Origin: an uncultured Spirochaetota bacterium
GTDB lineage: Bacteria > Spirochaetota > Brevinematia > Brevinematales > JAOACQ01
NCBI GenBank assembly: GCA_963835575.1
Contig: CAWIGG010000002.1
Span: 320,001 to 384,000, forward strand
DNA length: 64,000 bases
Direction of reading: 5' to 3'
Numbering within the stretch: the stretch's first letter is position 1; the number at the start of each line of letters is the position of its first letter. The position numbers and the translations under genes are program-made. This document shows, one piece after another, positions 1-9,955 of this stretch. The notes beneath the pieces are model-generated. The model saw nothing but the letters and a program-made list of their open reading frames with translations, ran no database searches and was not told where the DNA came from.

Positions 1-543
1 TTTCATGCCGATAAAGCCTTCAATTACCGGAACGTCTTCGGGTTCTGTCTGCTGCTCATTCAGCTTATCCGGTTTATCAATTTTTGCTTCTCTGGAATCG
101 ACAGGATTAATGATATAGTCTTTTGTTTTTTTAAGACCGGCGTCAGAGATATTTCCTTTAAGAAGAAAAAGGGTCGCATATTTCACAAGCGGTTTTTCGC
201 CCTGAGCGAGGATCTGCAATGCCTGTGCCGCGGAATCCGCCCTCTGATCGTACTGGCCGGGAAGGTATTCCCAGGCGAAAAAGCGTGAGTTTTTATCTTT
301 TATTCCCAGGAAAGGAAGGGTTTCATCATAGATAAAATCCAGCGGCGGTTCGGCAAAAATCGTACTGCGTGCTTTAAGATATGTTTCTTCTAAAATGCCT
401 TCAATGTCATAGCGGTGGAAAATTCGTAGATTTTTTATCCCCGGAATACGGAGTATGGACTCTAGGTCATGCAGGGTGCTTTTTGCCTCATTATCATATT
501 CCGGCCGCTTTTCAGTATAGATCCTGTAAACACGATTGCCCAT
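1..543 (-). CDS. purL: Phosphoribosylformylglycinamidine synthase (large clostridial-type PurL), 5' part; runs off the window edge
   Basis: Manual translation MGNRVYRIYTEKRPEYDNEA...FAWEYLPGQYDQRADSAAQ...YIINPVDSREA matches the N-terminus of single-chain FGAM synthases; GAGGGG RBS-like motif upstream. Confidence 0.85.
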   Translation of the reverse strand, partial: MGNRVYRIYTEKRPEYDNEAKSTLHDLESILRIPGIKNLRIFHRYDIEGILEETYLKARSTIFAEPPLDFIYDETLPFLGIKDKNSRFFAWEYLPGQYDQRADSAAQALQILAQGEKPLVKYATLFLLKGNISDAGLKKTKDYIINPVDSREAKIDKPDKLNEQQTEPEDVPVIEGFIGMK

Positions 544-584
544 AGAATTATTCTTTCCCCTCAATTTATTGAAATATAATTATA

Positions 585-2160
585 CCTAAATTCCCAAAGT
601 AAAAGTACCAAATGGGGCCCCAATCTGTTATAATATATTGCGATACAAAACAACAGAAGGAGCACCCAAATGGTGAAAAATATCAAAGTTGGTTTTACGG
701 CGCAGGATTTGAGCAGCGTGAGCGGGATTTATCCCGTGCTGGTATTTTTGAAAAAGATTGGGTTCAATCAGTTGCTCAAAAAATTTATTCCAGCGCGGGA
801 ATATTGTAACCAGAAATTCTCGTTCGAGCAAATTATTACGGGAATCGTGTGCGCGCTGATGGCAGGGTATAACCGGATCAAGAAGGTCGAGAATTTTACT
901 GAAGATCCATTGTTCCGGGCAGCTCTGGGCTTGAAAGGGCCGATCAGTGATTCTACGATCATCAAGCGGATTGAAAACGTTGGTATGAAAGAATCTTACG
1001 CGATGAATGAGTTGAACGGAAAGCTTTCCCGCAAAGTCCACGCGAAGTTCCGGGTAAAAACGAAAATCGTGGACTGCGATTCGACCGTCAAGACGGTTTA
1101 CGGAAGCCAGGAAGGAGCGGCGGCAGGCTACAATCCGCATAAAAAGGGAGCGAAGAGCTATCATCCGCTTCTGGCATTCCTGAACAGCACAAGGGAATGT
1201 ATTCTCTCCTATTTCAGGCCGGGCGACGCTTACACAGCGAATAACGCGCCTGAATTTATCCGGCACATTTACGGAATACTCCATACCGGCTGGAAAAAAC
1301 TTGTGTTCCGGATGGACAGCGGATTTTTCGACGGAAGGATTTTCGATGTCATCGAAGAAATGAAAGGGGCTTTTTTTCTGGTCAAAGCCAAAATGAAAAA
1401 CCTCGCGGCGTTTCTGGAAAACAGGGGTTGGACAGCGGTTCCGGATCGAAGCGGCTGGGAACAGGCGGAATTTGAGTACCGGGCGCATGGATGGAAACAT
1501 GCGAGGCGGTTCATAGCTGTCAGAAAGCTGATCCGGATAGAAACGGAAGGGCTGGTATTCCCGAAAGCGGTTTATGACTATTTTTGCTATTGTACGAATA
1601 TGCGTTTGAAACCTTGGCAGGGCCATAAATTTTACGGTGACCGGGGTACGTGTGAAAACTGGATCGAAGCCGTGAAGCAGCAGATGTTCGCCGGGATGCT
1701 TCTGACGCAAGATTTCTGGGTGAATGATTTTCTGTGGAGCTGCAGCGTGCTGGCGTATAACGTTGGAATCTGGATGCGGTATCTGGTTGACCGGAAAAGT
1801 CACCGGGAAGAACCGGAAACATTCCGGGCGTGGTTTATTCGGGTTGCGGGGAAAATCGTGAGACAGGGCCATCAGGTAAAACTGGTGTTGAGCCGTTATT
1901 TTGCGGATAAGGACCGGTGGCGGAAATTTTACTGCCACTTATGTGAGCTGCAGATATAGCGAGTTCCCAACCGGATGATGTGAAGGCCGCCACAAGGGTG
2001 TGTTGCGCCCGGAGCAGCGGAATTTGTGGATTTACGAGTATTCAGGCATCGCCAAGGCTTGTAATTGCAGCAGCCGCGAGACTGGGATGATAAACCGATG
2101 CCAAGCAGTGCCGCGCAAGGCTGATTTCAAGCGGAAATCGCGGAACTCTGGGAATTTAGG
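585..2160 (+). mobile_element. IS1380-family insertion sequence (1576 bp)
   Basis: IRs CCTAAATTCCCAAAGT (585) and ACTCTGGGAATTTAGG (ends 2160), 15/16 match; 5-bp target duplication TTATA at 580-584 and 2161-2165. Confidence 0.92.
670..1959 (+). CDS. IS1380-family DDE transposase
   Basis: 429 aa; DCDSTVKTVYGSQEG, GYNP..KG..SYHPL, FRMDSGF and Y..RG.CENWI motifs. Confidence 0.93.
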   Translation: MVKNIKVGFTAQDLSSVSGIYPVLVFLKKIGFNQLLKKFIPAREYCNQKFSFEQIITGIVCALMAGYNRIKKVENFTEDPLFRAALGLKGPISDSTIIKRIENVGMKESYAMNELNGKLSRKVHAKFRVKTKIVDCDSTVKTVYGSQEGAAAGYNPHKKGAKSYHPLLAFLNSTRECILSYFRPGDAYTANNAPEFIRHIYGILHTGWKKLVFRMDSGFFDGRIFDVIEEMKGAFFLVKAKMKNLAAFLENRGWTAVPDRSGWEQAEFEYRAHGWKHARRFIAVRKLIRIETEGLVFPKAVYDYFCYCTNMRLKPWQGHKFYGDRGTCENWIEAVKQQMFAGMLLTQDFWVNDFLWSCSVLAYNVGIWMRYLVDRKSHREEPETFRAWFIRVAGKIVRQGHQVKLVLSRYFADKDRWRKFYCHLCELQI

Positions 2161-2242
2161 TTATACAATAATTTGAAAATTTACAAAAATAAAAACACTA
2201 TAGATATAAGAAGCATTTTCAAGAGAAGAGGGAATTTCTTTT

Positions 2243-2890
2243 TTATTGATTCTTGGAGATCTGATAAGCCAATTCATGGGCAAGAATTTTTGCGGAGTCT
2301 TCAAGGCCTTTTTTTACAAAAATTTTCGGATCAATTTTCTCGCCTTTTTTAAGTGTTCCCAGCGATGAAAACTCATTTTCAAACGGGATGCTGGTTTTTG
2401 CGGCGGCTAATATTTCCCCGGTTTCTATAGATATAAGCCGGGCATCAAGATTAATTTCAAAAGTTTCTTTTTCGGTTATTGCCATACCGGCCTCTTTTTT
2501 TTCGACGCGGTAAATAACTGAAGACAAATTTACGAAAACTATTGCGTCAACACCCGGCAGTTTGCCTATTTCCTTTGTTTTATCAGGATCTAAAAGACCT
2601 GTCATACCCAGCTTATGCTCATCAAGTATAGATTTTAAACGTTCTCTTTCCACTATTCTGAAACATTCTGTTGAGAACAATTCAGAAATAAAATTGCCTG
2701 TCAAACCGTCCATTAAGGGGTCATACGAAGCATTGCCGGATTGATTTTGGAAATCACCTGCCGCAATAAGAAGTCTTTTTGCGGCCGGAACGGGTTTTAC
2801 TGTTTTTAATTCCGGTCTTGCTGAACCGGAGCAGCTTGTCAATATCAGAGTTGATAATACCGCTATAATGACCAGATTTAACCGCATCAT
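2243..2890 (-). CDS. CsgG/HfaB-like lipoprotein
   Basis: Lipobox LTSC; FRIVERERL..IL.E and DARLI.IETGEIL motifs; start moved to the ATG after AAGGGGG. Confidence 0.7.
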   Translation of the reverse strand: MMRLNLVIIAVLSTLILTSCSGSARPELKTVKPVPAAKRLLIAAGDFQNQSGNASYDPLMDGLTGNFISELFSTECFRIVERERLKSILDEHKLGMTGLLDPDKTKEIGKLPGVDAIVFVNLSSVIYRVEKKEAGMAITEKETFEINLDARLISIETGEILAAAKTSIPFENEFSSLGTLKKGEKIDPKIFVKKGLEDSAKILAHELAYQISKNQ

Positions 2891-3017
2891 AGCATTCCCC
2901 CTTTGAATCAATTTGTTTACCTATTGTTTTTAATTATATTAGAAAGAATACATGAATTTTGCAGGAATTTGCAAAAAAATTCAATTTTCCCTAATATTTT
3001 AATGGAAGGTTCTAATA

Positions 3018-5648
3018 ATGAAAAGAAATTCCAGACCCACTATCGGCTTAATTGTCGGTTATCTTCTTGAAAGTTACGAGGAACAGATCTGGAGAAGCAT
3101 TGTCCAGACTGCCGCTAAAGAGGATGTAAATCTCATATGCTTTGACGGCGGCGCGCTGAATGATCCATTTTTGTATTATAAATATAAGAACTCTGTCTAT
3201 GATTTGATCAACCCGAAGCTTCTGGACGGCATCATCATTCTTTCATCATCGGTTGGCTGTTATGTTGCTGAGGAAGAGATTAAAAAATTCATTCAAGCAT
3301 TCAATTCAGTCCCTATAGTTTCCATCGGCAGAAATTTCAAAGGCTGTCCTTCAATTCTAATTGATAACGAAGCGGGTATCAGAGAAATGATGACGCATTT
3401 GATTGAAACACATCATTACAGGCGCATAGCTTTTATAAGAGGTCTGGAAAAGAATACCGACGCGGAGGCCCGCTTAAAAGCTTATAAGGAATCTCTGGCC
3501 AAATATTCCCTGGAAATTGACCAGGATCTGATAATTCCCGGCGATTTTGACAGGCATTCAGGTACAACAGCTGTAAAAGTTATGCTTGATGAAAGAAAAA
3601 TCAAAGCTGACGCCGTTCTTGCCGCAAATGATTATATGGCGATTTATGCCATGAGAGAACTGCAGAGACGCGGTATCAGAGTGCCTGAAGACATAGCGGT
3701 TGCCGGTTTTGATAATATCCGCGATGATATTGGAGTGTCTCCAGCAATTACATCCATAGCCCAGCCGCTTGAAAATATAGGGCAAAAAGCCATGGAATAT
3801 ATTATATCTCTTATTCATAAGAAAGAAGTGCCGGAATCAACCTGCCTTCCCACGAGGCTTGTCGTTCGGCATTCCTGCGGCTGTTTAACGGCGCTGACCC
3901 CGCAATTATATCATGTCATGTTAAAACCGCGGGAATTGGATATAAAAGATTCCGGAAAAATATATTCTTCGAATCTGATGATAGATCAGATACTCAATGA
4001 ATATTTTCCTGATATTGCGGAAAAAACAGGGAATGAAAAATGGAGCCGGATCCTTTTTGAAGCGCTTGAAAATGGCGGGATAATACGCCAGGCCAATGAA
4101 TTCCTGAATATTCTGGCGCCTTTAATAATACAATCCAGTGAAAACGGCATAATGGCCACCTACTGGTTCAGGGTCATCAATCTTTTATTTGAAAAAAAAA
4201 TAGAAATCATAAACAAAGAAGAGGAACGCAATAAATTGAATGAAATCTGGAAAGCATCGCTTGAAATTATCGGCGTTATCGCTGAAGAGGTCCAGGTATC
4301 CCAGATCCAGAAAAATAAAGAACAGTTCATTGTGCTGAATCGGGTAAACCAGGGCCTGATCTTTTCATTTAATGAAATTCAGATCAAAAACAGTATTTCA
4401 GAAGAACTTCCGGGGCTTGATATAAATAGTTTTTCTGTTTTCTTTTATGAAAAAGACTCAATAAACCATCAATACTCCCGTCTCTTTTCCTCTTATGACA
4501 ACAGCGGCCGAATTATTATTGAGAATAAAGAAAAGCCATTTCTTTCAAAAAATCTTGTGCCCGGGTCTATCCGGAATGACAGGGGCCGGTTTTCATATCT
4601 GGTACTGCCCCTGCATTTCAAGGATGAGGAAATCGGCTATGCCCTTTGTGAAATAGGTATTGTGGACGGGGCTATTTATGAAAACCTGATATCGCAGATC
4701 GGCAGCGCCATTAAAGGCACAAGGCTTGTGGATGAAGTGCGCCATTACGCGGTGGATCTGGAAATACAGGTTGAACAGAGGACCAGACAGCTCAAAGAGG
4801 TCCAGGAACAGCTGATAGAAAGCGCTCATCAGGCCGGAATGGCGGAAATTGCCATCGGTGTGATGCATAATGTGGGAAATTTATTGAATTCAATCAGTGT
4901 TTCGTCTGAGGAGATCAATAAAATTATTAATAATTCCAAATTGGAAGGCTTTATCATGGCGAATGATTTACTCAAGATAAATAAGGAAAAAATCGGGGAC
5001 TATATTCAGAATGATCCGAAAGGGAAGATGCTGCCGGATTATTACCATAAAATCGGAGACAGCATGAAGACTGAACATGCGGATATAAAAAAAGAATTAA
5101 GCGAATTGTTGCAGAAGATCGAGCTGATAAAAGAAATCATCCAGACTCTGCAGGATTATTCATACAGCAGCAGGGTCTTAATGCAGGAAGAAAGCGACGC
5201 TGCGGCTCTTATTGATATTGCTCTCAAGATCCAGGAACCCAACATGATCAAAAACAGCGTTTATGTAGTAAAAAAATACCCGAGGAATGAAAAGATTATA
5301 ACACAGAAAACGAAGTTCATTCATATTCTTGTGAATGTGATAAAAAATGCCGTTGAAGCCATGAAAAAATCAACGGATGACCGCATCATAACTATCAACA
5401 TGCTCAGGGATGAAAAAAAGAATCTGGTTATAAAAATATCCGATACTGGCGAAGGAATTGAAAAAAGCAGTTTGACAAAAATATTTTCTTACGGTTTTAC
5501 GACCAAGAAAGAAGGACATGGCTTCGGACTTCACACCTGCGCCAATTATATGACCGAGCTCGGCGGCACAATTCAGGCCGAAAGCGGCGGGCCGGGCAAA
5601 GGCGCCGCATTTACAATGACTTTTCCCCCTTCACATAATAAACCCTGA
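3018..5648 (+). CDS. Cytoplasmic sensor histidine kinase with N-terminal LacI-type sugar-binding domain
   Basis: Periplasmic-binding-protein fold motifs (AANDYMA, VPEDIAVAGFDN) without HTH; HNVGN H-box; NAVEA, DTGEGI, FTTK and GHGFGL HATPase boxes. Confidence 0.88.
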   Translation: MKRNSRPTIGLIVGYLLESYEEQIWRSIVQTAAKEDVNLICFDGGALNDPFLYYKYKNSVYDLINPKLLDGIIILSSSVGCYVAEEEIKKFIQAFNSVPIVSIGRNFKGCPSILIDNEAGIREMMTHLIETHHYRRIAFIRGLEKNTDAEARLKAYKESLAKYSLEIDQDLIIPGDFDRHSGTTAVKVMLDERKIKADAVLAANDYMAIYAMRELQRRGIRVPEDIAVAGFDNIRDDIGVSPAITSIAQPLENIGQKAMEYIISLIHKKEVPESTCLPTRLVVRHSCGCLTALTPQLYHVMLKPRELDIKDSGKIYSSNLMIDQILNEYFPDIAEKTGNEKWSRILFEALENGGIIRQANEFLNILAPLIIQSSENGIMATYWFRVINLLFEKKIEIINKEEERNKLNEIWKASLEIIGVIAEEVQVSQIQKNKEQFIVLNRVNQGLIFSFNEIQIKNSISEELPGLDINSFSVFFYEKDSINHQYSRLFSSYDNSGRIIIENKEKPFLSKNLVPGSIRNDRGRFSYLVLPLHFKDEEIGYALCEIGIVDGAIYENLISQIGSAIKGTRLVDEVRHYAVDLEIQVEQRTRQLKEVQEQLIESAHQAGMAEIAIGVMHNVGNLLNSISVSSEEINKIINNSKLEGFIMANDLLKINKEKIGDYIQNDPKGKMLPDYYHKIGDSMKTEHADIKKELSELLQKIELIKEIIQTLQDYSYSSRVLMQEESDAAALIDIALKIQEPNMIKNSVYVVKKYPRNEKIITQKTKFIHILVNVIKNAVEAMKKSTDDRIITINMLRDEKKNLVIKISDTGEGIEKSSLTKIFSYGFTTKKEGHGFGLHTCANYMTELGGTIQAESGGPGKGAAFTMTFPPSHNKP

Positions 5649-5728
5649 TATATCTTAAGAGCGTAATTCAAACGCCGGCATAAAATATAACATATTTGTT
5701 AAATTTAATCAGTTAAACTTTTACTAAA

Positions 5729-5759
5729 AAAAAACGGGCGCCCCCGGCGCCCGTTTTTT
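5729..5759 (+). terminator. Rho-independent terminator (possibly bidirectional)
   Basis: AAAAAA-CGGGCGCC-ccc-GGCGCCCG-TTTTTT. Confidence 0.8.
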
Positions 5760-5886
5760 CATACTTTTTTTTGATTAATATGTTCCATGCTAGTACAATA
5801 CTACCGGATAAAAATGAATTTATCTGTTTTTTCAGGCAAAGGTACATGGTAGTGATTCCCGGAATAAAATTTATCAGGCGGTATTT

Positions 5887-6663
5887 ATGTTTTTAAAATA
5901 CGGCTTTTTCATATTATTCGCTTATTTTATTACTTGTTTTAATCCATCATTTGCTCTCACATCAGAGGATTTTTTGAATTCAGATATGGCCAAAAAAAGA
6001 AATAGCAGGGAAGGAAATCAGGAATTGATCCTTTTTCTCAGCAATGAGATCGCTCAGAATTCGAATTCCTATGATCTGTGCTGGGAATACGCGGCGCTCT
6101 GGTACAGCCAGGGCGACCTTTATGAAACAAAAAATGAAATAAAAAAGGAATGCTTCCGTCTCACAAAAGATTATGCCTTGAAAGCTGTGGCGCTCAATCC
6201 GTCCGGCCCGGACGGGCATTACTGGCTGGGTGTGGGATACGGCCTCTGGGCGGAGGCAAACGGCATACTGGACAGCCTTTTTTATGCCGACGATATTTTA
6301 AATGAAATGACAAAAGTGATTGAAATAGAAACGAATTATTTCCGCGGATCGGCCTGGGCTGTCCGCGCCAAGGTATATAATTTTGCTCCCGGATGGCCTC
6401 TTTCAATCGGCGATAAGGGAAAGTCATATCAGGACATTAAAACCGCGATCAGCATGGGAGGTGATTTCCGGTTTATTTTGGTGATTTATATAGAGATGCT
6501 GATGAATGACGGCAGATTAGAGGAAGCCGCGGCAGAGGCTGCAAAAGCGCTGGAGCTTCCCTATGACATGAGAATACCCCGCGAGGAAGACAAAAATATT
6601 GCTCTGACCAAGAAATACCTGGAAACAATCAAGAGATATATAAAGAACCGGGATACCCGCTGA
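5887..6663 (+). CDS. Secreted TPR-like protein
   Basis: Signal peptide; helical repeats with A.KAVALNP..PDGHYWLG. Confidence 0.6.
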   Translation: MFLKYGFFILFAYFITCFNPSFALTSEDFLNSDMAKKRNSREGNQELILFLSNEIAQNSNSYDLCWEYAALWYSQGDLYETKNEIKKECFRLTKDYALKAVALNPSGPDGHYWLGVGYGLWAEANGILDSLFYADDILNEMTKVIEIETNYFRGSAWAVRAKVYNFAPGWPLSIGDKGKSYQDIKTAISMGGDFRFILVIYIEMLMNDGRLEEAAAEAAKALELPYDMRIPREEDKNIALTKKYLETIKRYIKNRDTR

Positions 6664-6664
6664 A

Positions 6665-8017
6665 CTAATTTTCCCGAACAAGGTTATGTATCCATTTTTT
6701 TGAAAAGAACCTCGGGTAGCCGATTGAAAGTTTAAAAATTTCCTCCAGTCCCGCGAATAATACAACAAAAGTAACGGGCAGATGGAAGACAAATGCCGAA
6801 ATGAAAGCCGCGGGAATTCCGAAGACCCATGGCCCGATCGTATCCAGTATCATTCCCATTCTTGTGTCCCCGCCGGCGCGGAAAATACCCATAATAAGAA
6901 GGACATTGGATACTTTTGTCCAGAGCAGAATGCTGATAACTATGATCAGTCCCCTGGAATCTTCAAGGCCCGTATAAGGAAGATGATAAAAGGATAGGAC
7001 CGGCTCGCTGATCAAAACAAAAATAATGCCCATTATGACAGCTCCGCACATGCCTATTTTAATAAAACGCTTCCCATAATGATAGGCGGTTTCCTCATTA
7101 TTCGAGCCGATTCCATTGCCGATCATGATTCCGGCCGCATGAGCGATGCCGACAAAGAATATAAAGCCTATTCTTTCTATTGAAGAGACAATATTCACGG
7201 CCGCTATGGATTCCGTACTGATATGAGCATAGATAATCTGATAGACTGTAACGCCGGCGGCCCAGACAAAAGTTTGAATTAGAACAGGTATGCTGATCGA
7301 GAGGATATTTCTTAAAAATGCTCCGCTGAAAGAGAACATTTCTCTCAGGCTTGCGGCGGGCGCGTACTTTTTGATATATGTTATTGTCAGCACCGTTAAT
7401 AACTCTATGACTCTTGCTATAACTGTAGCTATGGCCGCTCCAGCCACACCGAGCGCGGGAAATCCGAATTTTCCAAAGATCAATACATAATTGAGAAGGA
7501 TATTAATGAGTACTCCTAACAGGCTTGCTATCATCGGCAGTTTGACCTGGCCGATGCTCCTGAGAATAAAGCAATAAGCGAATGTTATGCCGGTAAAGAG
7601 ATAACTGAACCCTGCGATTCTCAGATAGCGGCTTCCAATCAGTATGACTTGCGGATCATTAGAATAAATTGAAAGTATTTTTTCAGGCAGGAAAAGCGCA
7701 AGAAAAGTAAATCCTAAACTGATAATAATTGTTAAGCCCAGGCATATTCCAAGCACTTTACGGATGTTAATAATATCGCGCTTTCCCCAGTATTGAGCTG
7801 TAAATACGGCTGCTCCGTTGGCAATACCGCAAACCGACATAAAGAAGAGAAAGTAAATCTGATTAGAAAGGCCCAGCGCGGCTATTGAAGTTTCTCCCAG
7901 CTGGCCTATCATCAGAACATCTGCGAAATTGAGGGTTGACATCAAAAAATCCTGCACAATGATGGGTATTGACAATCCAATAAGGGTTTTGTAAAAAGCC
8001 CCGTTATAAGCCGGCAT
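6665..8017 (-). CDS. MATE family efflux transporter
   Basis: 450 aa, about 12 TM; DVLMIGQLG, AQYWG, LIFGKFGFPALGVAGAAIAT and RAGGDT motifs. Confidence 0.93.
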   Translation of the reverse strand: MPAYNGAFYKTLIGLSIPIIVQDFLMSTLNFADVLMIGQLGETSIAALGLSNQIYFLFFMSVCGIANGAAVFTAQYWGKRDIINIRKVLGICLGLTIIISLGFTFLALFLPEKILSIYSNDPQVILIGSRYLRIAGFSYLFTGITFAYCFILRSIGQVKLPMIASLLGVLINILLNYVLIFGKFGFPALGVAGAAIATVIARVIELLTVLTITYIKKYAPAASLREMFSFSGAFLRNILSISIPVLIQTFVWAAGVTVYQIIYAHISTESIAAVNIVSSIERIGFIFFVGIAHAAGIMIGNGIGSNNEETAYHYGKRFIKIGMCGAVIMGIIFVLISEPVLSFYHLPYTGLEDSRGLIIVISILLWTKVSNVLLIMGIFRAGGDTRMGMILDTIGPWVFGIPAAFISAFVFHLPVTFVVLFAGLEEIFKLSIGYPRFFSKKWIHNLVREN

Positions 8018-8265
8018 AAACCCCTCTTCCCCCGATTTTTAAATAATAGATGTAAAGCAGCCCTTTGTTATTGATATAATTACTTCAATATTTATAAAGC
8101 ATAATTATTATAAAATAATACAACTTTAAAGTTTATAGACTCTTAGTATGTATTTATCAGTACTATGAGTATGCTTTTTATCCTACTTGGGGAAGGATAA
8201 ACCATTTTTAATTTTTATCTGATTTATTAATAAATTTAAGAAAAAAGTATATTTATAATAAATAT

Positions 8266-8299
8266 AAAAAAGCCAGGTTAGCTGTTATACTAACCTGGC
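8266..8299 (-). terminator. Rho-independent terminator after the cellulase remnant
   Basis: GCCAGGTTA (8272-8280) / TAACCTGGC (8291-8299) stem with an A-run on + (T-run on -). Confidence 0.7.
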
Positions 8300-8331
8300 A
8301 ATAGAATTAATTTTAAAAAATTAATTAGCTT

Positions 8332-8593
8332 TTAATAGAGAGTGCAAGCCGTTCCATTCAAAGTGAACGATGTCGGCTTGGCATTTAATCCGCTGCAAAG
8401 CTGGCGGTTGACAATTTTCAGCTTTCCATAAGTTGAAACAGCTGATTTTGTAGGGTAGGTATCAATTAATACCTATGGGTGATACGGAATTCGCAGTCTG
8501 TTCCTGCTGCAATGAACAGGTGAATAATAACGCGAACAGACCGCTTAAAGCAACCATTTTGATAAGTAAAGATGTGAACTTACCTCTTTTCAT
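8332..8593 (-). pseudogene. Internally deleted, frameshifted lipoprotein cellulase remnant (GH5 N-terminus fused to CBM2 C-terminus)
   Basis: Frame A: MKRGKFTSLLIKMVALSGLFALLFTCSLQQEQ... (lipoprotein signal). After a 1-nt shift: DTYPTKSAVSTYGKLKIVNRQLCS|GLNAKPTSFTLNGTACTLY*. Confidence 0.6.
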
Positions 8594-8735
8594 GGAAACC
8601 TACTATAAATATTCAATTTTGATTTGCCTTTTTCAAGCGATTTATTATAGAGAGGTTTATAAGTGGAGTTTACAGACATGCGGTATGGATTTAGCCGTAC
8701 CAAAGGGGATATTTTTATCCTACCATGGGTGGGAA

Positions 8736-9890
8736 TTATCTGGCAATGTATATCTTCATTTGTTCAAGAAGAATCTTTTCTTGAAGATAAACTTTTTGAG
8801 CGCAAATTGAAGCCTTAGTGTACATTTCATTCCTTTTTTCTTTGTTTGCAAATGATTTAATATTAACAGAAATGCGCTGGCATTCCAGAGCGAGATCTTG
8901 CCAGGCTTTAATCGAACTGTCAAGAATAGAAATAATTTTTAATAATTGTTTGTCGCCTGTTTTTTGATAGGCGTTTACCAAAAAATTTTTAAAGAAAATC
9001 CTGAAAGCCCCGCCGTCAGTCTGGTTTTCCTTGATATTTGAATACATAAGAAAAAAGACAACCTGAAGATAGCCGTAAAAACGTACTTTTTTTTCGAATG
9101 AGAATATTTCGTTAGATAGACTTTCGAGGCCCTTTATCCCCTGAGTGTATGAAACACCCTTTAAATCCAGGGAATTGGGATTTTCCATATTCATTATTGA
9201 CTGACGGACAGTATCCTTTACGGCTTTATTCCAATCATAGCGGTAGGAGGGCTCCTTTTTTTGAACCCAGAAATACTCGCGGTTCGGCGCGTAGGCTTTC
9301 AGGGCGGAGCCGCGGGCGCTATTCAGATCAATAAGATTGATGGTTTGAAGACTTCTATACGAAGCATCAGAAACCCAGGCAGTCTGTTTTTCAGTGTCAA
9401 TTCCGAAAAGTGTTATATAGTGCCGTCCGTCTGAGGTAAAAAGCGGGCCGAGGTTGCCGCCGTAGCGGTATGTCAGGTATCGGACATCAACGCGTAAAAT
9501 AACCGGAATTCCCTGCCCAAGCAGTTTTTTTACTTCAGACCAGGATGTTTCCGCATCTTTTGGACTAACTTTATTCAATTGAATTTGAGCTCCATTACAG
9601 AATGTCTCTTTCATCAAAGGGCTGGAGCAGTCAAGGATGGGAAATTCACCATGCTGAAGGCTGTAGCCGATCCCTCCTCCGCCCATAATATTGGTTTCAT
9701 TAAAAGAATAACCAAGATAGTCCAGAGTATTTAAAAGAGCCGAACTTTCGCTGTTTATACACGGTATGATAGCGGTATTTTTTAATAAATAATTCTCGGC
9801 AATTATTTTCCCGTTTTCAATCTTCAACCATGGCTCTCCGCAGCCGAATAATGTTAATAATGTTAAGATGATGAAAATTGACCGCATCAT
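8736..9890 (-). CDS. BtrH N-terminal domain / DUF4872-like lipoprotein (papain-like fold)
   Basis: Lipobox LFGC; GIPVILRVDVRYLTY, GRHYITLFGID and TDGGAFR..F..FL motifs. Confidence 0.7.
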   Translation of the reverse strand: MMRSIFIILTLLTLFGCGEPWLKIENGKIIAENYLLKNTAIIPCINSESSALLNTLDYLGYSFNETNIMGGGGIGYSLQHGEFPILDCSSPLMKETFCNGAQIQLNKVSPKDAETSWSEVKKLLGQGIPVILRVDVRYLTYRYGGNLGPLFTSDGRHYITLFGIDTEKQTAWVSDASYRSLQTINLIDLNSARGSALKAYAPNREYFWVQKKEPSYRYDWNKAVKDTVRQSIMNMENPNSLDLKGVSYTQGIKGLESLSNEIFSFEKKVRFYGYLQVVFFLMYSNIKENQTDGGAFRIFFKNFLVNAYQKTGDKQLLKIISILDSSIKAWQDLALECQRISVNIKSFANKEKRNEMYTKASICAQKVYLQEKILLEQMKIYIAR

Positions 9891-9955
9891 AATAAATCCT
9901 CCGGTTAATAAGAGTTGATCCCAATATTGAGTATTTTAAATGAATCTGAATGTTT

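Noticed and set aside
628..1938. 436-aa antisense ORF over the IS1380 transposase
   Set aside because: Shadow of the transposase on the opposite strand; no recognisable motifs.
8475..8810. 111-aa + strand ORF
   Set aside because: Overlaps the - strand cellulase remnant and the end of the BtrH-like gene; no motifs.
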